This document shows, piece after piece, positions 1 to 11,400 of a stretch of 64,000 nucleotides of DNA. Under the pieces are notes generated by a model. It did no database searches, was not told where the DNA came from, and worked only from the letters and a program-made list of their open reading frames with translations. How positions within the stretch are numbered: position 1 is the stretch's first letter; each line of letters begins with the position of its first letter. This DNA comes from Macrostomum lignano (lineage: Eukaryota). The stretch lies in the NCBI GenBank assembly GCA_002269645.1, contig NIVC01000922.1, forward strand, positions 1 through 64,000, written 5' to 3'. The translations under genes and the position numbers were made by a program.

Positions 1-2
1 AT

Positions 3-331
3 ATTCCAGCTTATATAACATCAGTTAGACCTACCCCTAACCATAGCACATCTGAAAGTCATTTAATTCTTTCGAGCTATTTAAAGCTTGCACTCAAGTA
101 TACTGCGAGCTCAACTACATTCGACAAAAGTCAAGCATCAAACTCCTCATTAAGCCCTTTAAGTCTTATTGGACTTCATATTCATGATATTGCAAATGGT
201 CATGGTGGATTATTTGATGTAAAAACAACTATTGGTATAACACTTTCAAAAGATATGAAAGACACCACAAAACTCAAGGTTCTAAGTGCATTTCAAAATT
301 TCTTTGAATTATACCAGTTTTTCTCATTCAT
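3..331 (+). CDS. Possible coding exon of an unidentified gene entering from upstream of the window
   Basis: Frame 3 is stop-free from 3 to 331 (IPAYITSVRPTPNHSTSESHLILSSYLK...FQNFFELYQFFSF) and ends at a strong donor AT|GTAAGT. No recognisable homology. Its phase 2 end does not join the first recognised TTC13 exon directly. Confidence 0.3.
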
Positions 332-1327
332 GTAAGTTTGACTTCTTTTATTTTATTGTTTATAAGAAATTATAACTTTTTTATATTATGATAATTGTGT
401 AAGCCCTATTTAGCAATTTACTCTTTATAAAAGCCTAAAATCAGTATTTTATTGCTAGATCTTTGCAAAAAAAGATTAAAAAACTTATTACTTTTCTTAA
501 ACTAAAAACAGTTTATTTATTTAATTTTTTGTTTTTTCTTAGACTCAGGGAAATTAAACATGATTTCCTAATTTTATTTTTTCTTTAATTTTAGAAAGGA
601 GCTATCCTTCTTTATGAATCTGTTGTTTTTCTAACTATGTAGATAGAGATAGAGACTATGCTAAAGTTGAACTTGGTCATCCTATATATATATACTAAAT
701 ATGGTCTGTCTGTGTCTATCTATCTATCTATCTATCTATCTATGTGATCGATTAGAGAAAAAATGGCTGCACCGATTTTGTTCAAACTTGCACTGTTCGA
801 TCAGAAATTTTCCCGTGACTGTACATGCATCGCGGCTAAGAAATTGCTCGATGCTAAAGGCATTAAATATTCGAAAAACATGCTTTTTTGCAAAGGTCAA
901 GCAAACTTTTCGACTTGAAATGCATTGTAAGAATGCTAGAGAAAAAACTGACTGGTTGAATTCTGGTTCTGAAATAGATTGCATCATCACTGAATTGTAA
1001 CTCCGACTTGAATTGAAAATGCAGTGTGGAAGCGTAGCACCAGACTTGATTTAAATTGCGTAACCATATTGTTAACTGATACTGACTGACTGAGAAACTG
1101 ATTATGTCATAACTGCTTCGTGTGATTTACTCTATGCTTGGATTTTAAACTGTTGAATTATATATATATATAAGTGCAAAATTTGATGTTATCAAAAAGA
1201 TGAGAACTAGCCTAGAGGTGAACAGACTGAACTGCTAAATGCAGCGACGATGGTTCGAATTTTCATAGAGTATAATTTTTTTAATTAAAGCTTTTCAACG
1301 TCAGGAAAACTAAAAGACTTTTTAAAA

Positions 1328-2780
1328 AGAAGCGTCATGTAAAAATCATAGTAGCGTCATGTAAAAAATCGTAGAAGCGTCATATAAAAAATCATAGATG
1401 CGTCATTTAAAAAATCATAGAAGCATCATATAAAAATCATAGATGCGTCATTTAAAAAACCATAGAAGCATCATGTAAACAATCATAGAAGCGTCATTTA
1501 AAAAATCATAGAAGCATCATATAAAAATCATAGATGCGTCATTTAAAAAATCATAGAAGCATCATGTAAACAATCATAGAAGCATCATTTAAAAAAATCA
1601 TAGAAGCGTCATATAAAAATCATAGATGCGTCATTTAAAAAATCATGGAAGCGTCATGTAAACAATCATAGAAGCGTCATGTGAAAATCATAGAAGCGTC
1701 ACGTAAAGAATCATAGAAGCGTCATGTAAACAATCATAGAAGCGTCATGTAAACAATCATAGAAGCGTCATGTAAAAAATCATAGAAGCGTCATGTAAAC
1801 AATTATAGAAGCGTCATGTAAAAAAATCATAGAAGCGTCATGTAAACAATCATAGAAGCGTCATGTAAACAATCATAGAAGCGTCATGTAAACAATCATA
1901 GAAGCGTCATGTAAAAAATCGTAGAAGCGTCATTTAAAAAATCATAGAAGCGTCATGCAAAAATCATAGATGCGTCATTTAAAAAATCATGGAAGCGTCA
2001 TGTAAACAATCATAGAAGCGTCATGTAAAAAATCATAGAAGCGTCATATAAAAATCATAGATGCATCATTTAAAAAAATCATAGAAGCGTCATATAAAAA
2101 ATCATAGAAGCGTCATGTAAAAATCATAGAAGCGTCATGTAAACAACCATAGAAGCGTCATGTAAAAAATCATAGAAGAGTCATGTAAACAATCATAGAA
2201 GCGTCATGTAAGCAATCATAGAAGCGTCATGTAAACAATCATAGAAGCGTCATGTAAACAATCATAGAAGCGTCATGTAAGCAATCATAAAAGCATCATG
2301 TAAACAATCATAGAAGCGTCATGTAAACAATCACAGAAGCGTCATGTAAAGAATCATAGAAGCGTCATGTAAAAAATCATAGATGCGTCATTTAAAAAAT
2401 CATAGAAGCATCATGTAAACAATCATAGAAGCGTCATTTAAAAAAATCATAGAAGCGTCATGTGAAAATCATAAAAGCGTCACGTAAAGAATCATAGAAG
2501 CGTCATGTAAACAATCATAGAAGCGTCATGTAAACAATCATAGAAGCGTCATGTAAACAATTATAGAAGCGTCATGTAAAAAATCATAGAAGCGTCATGT
2601 AAACAATCATAGAAGCGTCATGTAAACAATCATAGAAGCGTCATTTAAAAAATCATAGAAGCGTCATGTAAACAATCATAGAAGCGTCATGTAAAAAATC
2701 ATAGAAGCGTCATGTAAAAAATCATAGAAGCGTCATGTAAAAATTGTAGAAGCGTCATTTAAAAATCATAGAAAATCATA
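1328..2780. repeat. ~23-bp tandem minisatellite (AATCATAGAAGCGTCATGTAAAC), ~60 copies
   Basis: Period read directly (ATCATAGA at 1687, 1710, 1733); the A-run length varies between units. Confidence 0.95.
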
Positions 2781-2879
2781 AAAATCAAAAATTAAATGCA
2801 GCTATAATGCTGTGCTGGGGAGAAAAACTGAGACGTAAAGGCTCTCAGAGAATAACTGCTGAGATTACGGGGGGGGGGG

Positions 2880-3900
2880 GTTTCTGAGATGTCAAAGCAA
2901 AAGTCAGAAGCTACTTCAAAGTTCATGTACTTTACTCAATTTTTTTATTGCATTCTTTGTTGGCTCGCCACGGGAGGCGCTTATAGAAGAAGAGTCATGT
3001 AAAAAATAAAAGTAGCACTACGAGCGTATGTACGAGCTATACATAAAAGAAAAGTCATGTTCAAGTTAAAAGATTCATTTGGGAATTGCTACGATGTCAA
3101 AGCTTGGTGGAAATCGTTATAGTGCTTGATTCTTAAAGAAGGAATCACTAAAATGTCAAGGCTTAGGGGAGAAGAATTGCTGAGATTTCAAGGCTTTAGG
3201 TTGGATTAAAGTTAGGTTTAGGTCAGGTGTGGGTTGAGGGTTATATTTTATCGGGTTTCAAGGTTAACAGAATAACAGGGGATTTTTTAGATTTCAAGGT
3301 TTATGGAGGCCATCGCTGACATGTTAAGGCTTACGGGGGAATAGCTGAGATGTCAAGGCTCACGGGGTATAAATGAGATTTCAAGGCTAAAGTCAGAAGC
3401 TACATGTAGTTTATTGAAAACTTTTTATTACATTATTTGATGCCTCCTCAGGGGAGGGATCGCTGATAAAAAAAGCGTAATGTAAAAAATAAAAGAAGCT
3501 TCATGTCGAAGTTAAGAGATTCATTTGGGAATCCCTACGATGTCGAGGCTTGCAGGAAATCGCTATAATGCTGTAGTAGTGCTATAGTGACTCTTAGAGA
3601 GAATTACTGAAATTTCAATGTTAGGTTAGGGTTAGGGTTAGGGTTAGGGCTAGGGTTAGGGTTAGGGTTAGGCTAGGGTTAGAAGGTTGACAGATATTTT
3701 TAGATTTCCAAGGCTTATTGGGGGCATTGCTGAGATGTCAAGGGGGGAAGTTGATATGTCAAAGCTTGTGGGGGGGAATTACTGACATGTCAAGGCTTAC
3801 AAGGTTTGACAGGAGATTTTTTAAGATTTCAAGGATACATGTAGCTTATTAAAAAAACGTGTATTGCATTTATTTGGCTCCCCAACGGGGGGCGTAGATT
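2880..3900. repeat. Diverged ~490-bp tandem duplication (two copies plus a partial third)
   Basis: AAAGTCAGAAGCTAC...GATTCATTTGGGAAT..CTACGATGTC occurs at ~2900-3090 and again at ~3390-3545; a partial third copy lies near 3830. Confidence 0.7.
3621..3682 (+). repeat. Interstitial telomere-type (TTAGGG)n tract, ~10 units
   Basis: TTAGG(TTAGGG)4 CTAGGG (TTAGGG)2 TTAGG CTAGGG TTAG read directly. Confidence 0.9.
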
Positions 3901-4649
3901 GCTAGTTTTGTATGCTAATTATATATATTGATTGGGCTAGAAAATTCTGGCTTACATATATACTATCTAGAGTCTAGGATAGGCCCCTAGTAATACCTAA
4001 TTATAATGTATATTTAGACAATATAATAGGCCCTAGCTTGGTATACTTTTATATATGTCTAATATATTTGTACTTACATGCAGGTTGCAATAATGCTAAT
4101 AAATGAATTAGATATATAAACATACTAACATAAAAAACTTTTTTAAATTTATAAATGTTATAAGTTTAGTATAAATTAATTAAGAAATAACTAATTTAAT
4201 AATATAATTAATGTTTAAGTTTAGTCAAGATATTAAATAAAATGTTGGTAGTACTTATTTAGCTAGTACCAATCAAATAAGCTTTGCTCCTAATTTAAGC
4301 TTAGTGACAAGCTTGTAATTATAAGAAAACTGCTAGCATAATAGTAGCAAGCTTATTTGAATGGTGCCAGCTAAATAAGCATTACCTAAAATGTTGACAT
4401 TAGGCTTTCAGTTTTTTTGTTTTTAATTAATGATAGAAATGTTAAGTCTAGATATTAGAATTCAAATTGCATAAACCATTATATAGGTTTATAATAATTG
4501 GATTAAATGGACATATCTTAGTAAAAATATTGAATAAACTTAAACAAAAAACACTCATTACTATAGTATAATGCAAGATAGAGCTTAACCATAGATTAAA
4601 AAACTCTCTAAGCATAAAAAGTTTGTGATCTTTGAATAGGTCTAGTTTG

Positions 4650-4820
4650 AAGGCTTAGGCTAGTGATCTAGTGCTCTGCTCTGATGTGTCAGCAGCCCAG
4701 GCTCGATTCCAAGTGCAGTCACATTAATTTGGGGTTTGGGGTAAATTGGGGTAAATTTGGGGTAAATTGAAATATTGACTTGAGTCTGTTCATGAAATTA
4801 ACTGCTTTGAGGGCCAACCT
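4650..4820 (+). mobile_element. Truncated, degenerate copy of tRNA-derived SINE family B
   Basis: CTGCTCTGATGTGTCAGCAGCCCAGGCTCGATTCCAAGTGCAGTCACATTAATTTGGGG...GAGGGCCAACC aligns by eye with the reverse complement of 53640-53770. Confidence 0.65.
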
Positions 4821-4897
4821 ATGCCATTTACCTTGTAACTCTGTACAGATTCTTGTATTAAATAATCATATATGATCAACTTCCTCTATATTTTTAG

Positions 4898-5362
4898 CCA
4901 GCATTCAATGAGAATTCTAGCGACTTGGATGTGCTCCCCGCCTGCTACAGTTCGTTTGGCAAGTTTTTATAATGAAGCAATCTGTATTGAAATGACCAGC
5001 AATCCATAGCATAGGGTACTTTCTTACTATTAAGCAATATGAAGCAAAACCTAACTACTTACTCAGGAAGTAAAACGACTATTGGCTATAAATAAACAGT
5101 TGTCAATTGATTGGCATCTCTGTTATTTTGCAGACTCCTGTCCATTTGGGGCGTGTTCGGTTTGCTCTGGCTCTGAACCGTTTAACAAGACTCAGTTCCA
5201 CGTGAGCAGTGCTTGGCAATTGGTGTGCTTTTGTGGCTAAGAGATTAGCATTGCTGATTCAGTGACTCGAAATTACAGACCTAAGTAAAAATAGAGGAAT
5301 TGAGACAGACAGGCAGACAGACAGACAGACAGACAGACAGGCAGAGAGACAGACAGACAGGC

Positions 5363-5399
<37 letters not shown>

Positions 5400-5402
5400 G
5401 GC

Positions 5403-5433
<31 letters not shown>

Positions 5434-8400
5434 AAGACAGACAGGCAGACAGACAGACAGACAGGCAGAGAGACAGACAGACAGAGACAGACATACAGAC
5501 AGACAGACAGACAGAGAGACAGACAGAAAGACACTGAGAAAACAGGTAGACGGGCAGTCAAGAATGAAAAAATATGACGCAATCTCTCGTACAAATCCAA
5601 AAATTTCGCATTGCAGAGTTACGCCCGAAATATTGTGGCGTCAAAGTTTCTCACGTTCGACTTTGGTTCGGAGTCTTTGTTAAAACGATTCGGTAAGTGT
5701 GCCAGGAGTTTGTCTAATAATGTTTATGTTTGAATTAAAAGTTATTAGCCAATGTTAAACTATAACTGACTGTAGCCTTCGGTCTGGTTCTCATGAACAC
5801 TGGATACTTGGACAAAGCCATCGAGCACTTTGAACGATTTCTGAAGGTGCGTGCCATGTACAAGCTGGACTTTTCGTGTCCTGGTTTGAAGTTTTTCCCA
5901 GAAGCATTTATTATGATATATTTCATTTATTTTTTGCAAGGAATTTCCCAACCAGCCGGAGGCCCTGACTGCATTGGCAATCGCGCAGTTTAGGAAAGAT
6001 TATCAAGTAAGCTTATTTGTTTCTGTTTAATAACTTCTTCTTTAACTAACATGTTTAATGTTTTCAGTTTTTGTCACTCCATTTCACTCTATTGTCACTC
6101 CATTTCACTCTATTGTCACTCCATTTCACTCTATTGTTACTCCATTTATCCCCATTGTCACTCCATTGTCATTCTATTGTCACTCCATTTCTCTCTATTG
6201 TCACTCCATTGTCTCTCCATTGTCACTTCATTTCTTTCCATTGTCATTCTATTGTCACTCCATTGTCTCTCCATTGTCACTTCATTTCTTTCCATTGTCA
6301 CTCTATTGTCACTCTATTGTCACTCCATTTCTCTCTATTGTCACTCCATTTCTCTCTATTGTCACTCCATTGTCTCTCCATTGTCACTTCATTTCTTTCC
6401 ATTGTCACTCTATTGTCACTCTATTATCACTCCATTTCTCTCTATTGTCACTCCATTTCTCTCTATTGTCACTCCATTGTCTCTCCATTGTCACTTCATT
6501 TCTTTCCATTGTCACTCTATTGTCACTCCATTTCTCTCTATTGTCACTCCATTGTCTCTCCATTGTCACTTCATTTCTTTCCATTGTCACTCTATTGTCA
6601 CTCTATTATCACTCCATTTTTCTCTATTGTCACTCCATTTCTCTCTATTGTCACTCCATTGTCTCTCCATTGTCACTTCATTTCTTTCCATTGTCACTCT
6701 ATTGTCACTCCATTTCTCTCTATTGTCACTCCATTGTCTCTCCATTGTCACTTCATTTCTTTCCATTGTCACTCTATTGTCACTCTATTATCACTCCATT
6801 TTTCTCTATTGTCACTCCATTTCTCTCTATTGTCACTCCATTGTCTCTCCATTGTCACTTCATTTCTTTCCATTGTCACTCTATTGTCACTCCATTTCTC
6901 TATATTGTCACTCCGTTGTCACTTCATTTATTTCCACTGTCACTCCATTTCTCGACATTGTCACTCTATTTCTCTACATTACACTCTATTTATCTCCATT
7001 GTCACTCCATTCACTACACTGTTATTAGAGATGTCAGTAGGCTTGGGACACTTGATTTCAATGTGACAAAGAATCCAGAGTGACATGTTTTCCTTGAATT
7101 TATACAGACACGCCAAGCGGATGGTACTAGGGTCAGTGAGCTGCCATCTCTCTGTTTTTAATTTATATGCTGTGTTAGTAGTTATGGAATTCGCGAATTT
7201 TGGTTTCTTGGATGTCTGATTCTGATGTACAAGTATTTTATATTAGACTAAATGCGTTCTTTAGGTTTAGTAAACTCACTCACTTTACTGACTATATCTG
7301 TCTTTTTGAGAATTTTTTCTGGACTTTTTTACTTTTAATTTTTACTTTCTCGCAAAATTGCTATATTAGTCTCGCATTATTGCTATTAAGTAGGGTGTAT
7401 GAAACTTTTTATACCGTCTAAACCTGTTGGTTAAATCGACATGTACTTGGATATACGCTCGTAAATAGCGCAGAAAACCTTATGTTATTATTGAAAGTGC
7501 AGACTTAGACTTAAGGTAGGGAGCGATTTAGGGTAGGGTTGAAGTTTAAGTTAGAGAGTTTGAAAGTAGGGTGAGATGTTAAGACTAGGTGAGATATAGT
7601 TTAGACATAGCTATATAAGGTAGACTAAATTTAGCCAAGAAAATATAGCCATTATTTCACATATACCCTGTAGGCATTCGGCAATCAGGCCGTTAATCTT
7701 CTAACAGAGGCGCTCAGACTTCAAAGCAAAACTGCCTACCTATACGTGAAGCGAGCTCAGATTCAATTTTTAATTGGCAACTATGCTCAAGCATTCAACG
7801 ATATGAGCAACGCTATTAATATGAACCGGACCGCCTGGCAACTGGTTCTGCAGCGGTGTCTCGTTAATTTTGCTCTGGGCGAAAGCGAGGCAGCTTTTCA
7901 GGTATTTCATTTATGCTTGCACCTTTGGAAGGAGAGAGGGAAGGAGATGTTTAGAAAGAGAGGGAAGAAGAGGGTGAGAGTGGGGGAAGAAGAGAGTGAG
8001 AGAGAGTGGGGGAAGGAGAGGGTGAGAGAGAGTGGGGGAAGGAGAGGGTGAGAGAGAGTGGGGGAAGGAGAGTGTGAGAGTGGGGGAAGGAGAGAGTGGG
8101 GGAAGCAGAGTGTGAGAGTGGGGGAAGGAGAGGGTGAGAGTGGGGGAAGGAGAGGGTGAGAGAGAGTGGGGGAAGGAGAGGGTGAGAGTGGGGGAAGGAG
8201 AGGGTGAGAGTGGGGGAAGGAGAGGGTGAGAGAGAGTGGGGGAAGGAGAGAGTGAGAGTGGGGGGAAGGAGAGGGTGAGAGAGAGTGGGGGAAGGAGAGG
8301 GTGAGAGAGAGTGGGGGAAGGAGAGTGTGAGAGTGGGGGAAGGAGAGAGTGGGGGAAGCAGAGTGTGAGAGTGGGGGAAGGAGAGGGTGAGAGTGGGGGA

Positions 8401-11400
8401 AGGAGAGGGTGAGAGAGAGTGGGGGAAGGAGAGGGTGAGAGTGGAGGAAGGAGAGGGTGAGAGTGGGGAAGGAGAGGGTGAGAGAGAGTGGGGGAAGGAG
8501 AGAGTGAGAGTGGGGGAAGGAGAGGGTGAGAGTGGGGGAAGGAGAGGGTGAGAGAGAGTGGGGGAAGGAGAGAGTGGGGGAAGGAGAGAGTGAGAGTGGG
8601 GGAAGGAGAGGGTGAGAGTGGGGGAAGGAGAGGGTGAGAGTGGGGGAAGGAGAGAGTGAGAGTGGGGGAAGGAGAGGGTGAGAGTGGGGGAAGGAGAGGG
8701 TGAGAGTGGGGGAAGGAGAGAGTGAGAGTGGGGGAAGGAGAGAGTGAGAGTGGGAGAAGGAGAGAGTGAGAGAGAGTGGGGGAAGGAGAGAGTGAGAGAG
8801 ATTGGGGGAAGGAGAGGGTGAGAGGATGAGATGGGAAAGGTTGAAACTGATAAGTTAGGGTTAGATATTCTGTACCTAGGAGATGCATAGGTAAAAAAGG
8901 AAAAGATGGCTGTGCAGGTTTAGTGATGAAGCCGGTAGCAACAATCGGACGGTCTCCATCCGCCCAGGACGCAAAATCGGCGGTCCGTCTGCACGGCCGC
9001 GACCCTCACCTGCTGCTGGTGCTGGGCGCGGCCTACACCCGATTGGGCCGCCTGCGCAACGCTGCCGAGACCTACAAAGAGGCGCTGGAGGAGGCGCCCG
9101 ACCTGGTGGACGCTCGACTGCGCATGGCCGACTGCCATCGGGTGCTGGGCGCCGGTCAGCGGGTTGTACAGCTGCTGACGCCGCTGCTATCGCCTGCTGA
9201 CAGTGCTGGCGGGGTGCGGCCTGATCAGGTGTGGCCATGCTGTCTTTGACTCTTTAAGATTCTCTTTGACGGGATTGAGCTTCTCTGTGCAGAATTATCG
9301 TTCTCTATGGGGATTAAGGTTCTCTGTGAGGATTAAGGTTATCTGTGGGGGATTAAGGCTCTATGTAAGGGATTAAGGTTCTCTATGGGGGATTAAGGTT
9401 CTCAATGGGGATTAAGGTTCTCTATGGGGGATTAAGGTTCTCTATGGGGGATTAAGGTTCTCTATGGGGGATTAAGGTTCTCAATGGGGATTAAGGTTCT
9501 CAATGGGGGATTGTCGTTCTCTATGGGGGATTAAAGTTCTCTGTGTGTGCTCACTGTCTCCAACAACCTCGCAGACCTACGCTGCCAGCAAGCTCGCGGC
9601 CATGTCGCACTACTCGGCGGGTCGGTGCCGCCAGACGCTGAACTACACAGATCGCTGCCTGGCGCTTCACCCCACCTGCCCCGTCTGTCTGTTCCGGCGC
9701 GCCGCCGCCCTCGCCAATCTGGGCCAATTCTACGAAAGCATCCGCGCCTCGACGGCGATCATGGTGCAGGGCTCGCTGGCCGCCACCGCAGCCTCGCCAG
9801 AGTTCTTGCGCAGTCACTACCTGCGCGAATGGGGCAGGTTTCTTCGCGGCCGGTTGGACACCAACTGGGGATTGTTGAACTTCACTACCGACTTGCAGAA
9901 AGATTTTCGGGTCAGATGGATTCTTGGAAAGTCGCTGCTTGAATCGGTGAGCTCATTCATTACATATCTCTGGGATTCGAACCTAGGATCTTTTCTGTGT
10001 ACAAAACTTCAATTCAACAGTTCAAGTCTGTCTGCAGAGCTCTCAGAAATTTTAATTTCTTTTTGAATAATATTTTTAGAAAGTCTATCGAGAAGAGTCT
10101 GGCCTGCAGCCAAGTCAAGAGTGAGTTTTTATTTATTGATTTTTTATTGTTTGTTAAGATTGAGAAACGTAAAATAGAATGTCTATGGAAATTTCCACAG
10201 TTCAGAAAGCGATACTAAAGTACATTGCTAATGTCTATGGAAGTTTCCATAGTAAAGAAACTGATACTAAAGTACATTGCTAATGTCTATGGAAGTTTCC
10301 ATAGTAAAGAAACCGATACCAAAATACATTGCTAATGTCTATGGAAGTTTCCACAGTTCAGAAAGCGATACTAAAGTACATTGCTAATGTCTATGGAAGT
10401 TTCCATAGTGAAGAAACCGATACTAAAGTACATTGCTAATGTCTATGGAAATTTCCACAGTTCAGAAAGCGATACGAGCGTACTAAAGTACATTGCTAAT
10501 GTCTATGGAATTTTCCATAGTAAAGAAACCGATACTAAAGTACATTGCTAATGTCTATGGAAGTTTCCACAGTTCAGAAAGCGATACTAAAGTACATTGC
10601 TAATGTCTATGGAAGTTTCCATAGTGAAGAAACCGATACTAAAGTACATTGATAATTATGGAAATTTCCCACAGAGATGTCACAGTGCCAGACTTAACCG
10701 CTTATAACTTTCGCCAACAAGAATTGATCTGCTTAGCTAAACGAGTTGGCCAGTCATTTCGCACAGACACAGACGGAGCTGTCAATAATGAGAGGGTGAC
10801 GTTTGCGCTTGGCCTGGCAGCTGTACATATCGGTCAGCTGGTGTATAATGCAACTCACGATCAATATAATCACAATAATATTGGCTGGCTGTCCTTAATT
10901 GACTTGGCCGCAAAGTACATTCAACTGGCTGACCTGACCAAGCCTGTACAGTTGGTTCACACGTTGCTGCCAAAATCTGAGCCATCGCCAACAGCCAATA
11001 GCAATGCACCGGATCTGCAGTTTAACCACGCTATTGTACACAGGGGCGTGCCTAATCCGCCGCTGCAAGCCTACTTCAATTTGGTGTTTCAGTTGGCCAA
11101 GACTATGACTGAGCACAGCAGGGGGCCGGGGTCTGCTGGTAGTCAAGATGAGAAGCGCGAGTTTGATACTGCTCAAACTCTGGAGCAGGTGAGCTGTCCG
11201 CTTGTCTCTGGTAGGCTATTTGATAGACTCTGATAGGCTATCTGATAGATTGGTAGGCTGTTTGGTAGACTCTGGTAGGCTATTTAGTAGAGTCTGGTAG
11301 GCTATCTGATAGACTAATAGGCTTTTTGGTAGACTCTGGTAGGCTATTTGGTAGACTCTGGTAGGTTATTTGGTAGATTAGTAGCATCTTTGGTAGAGTC

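Noticed and set aside
6051-7083. Three 325-341-aa ORFs in all + frames
   Set aside because: Translations of a stop-free intronic repeat; the TTC13 exons at 5941-6006 and 7674-7901 join in phase without them.
7911-8888. 325-aa Pro/Ser/Leu ORF on the minus strand
   Set aside because: Complement of the G/A-rich minisatellite.
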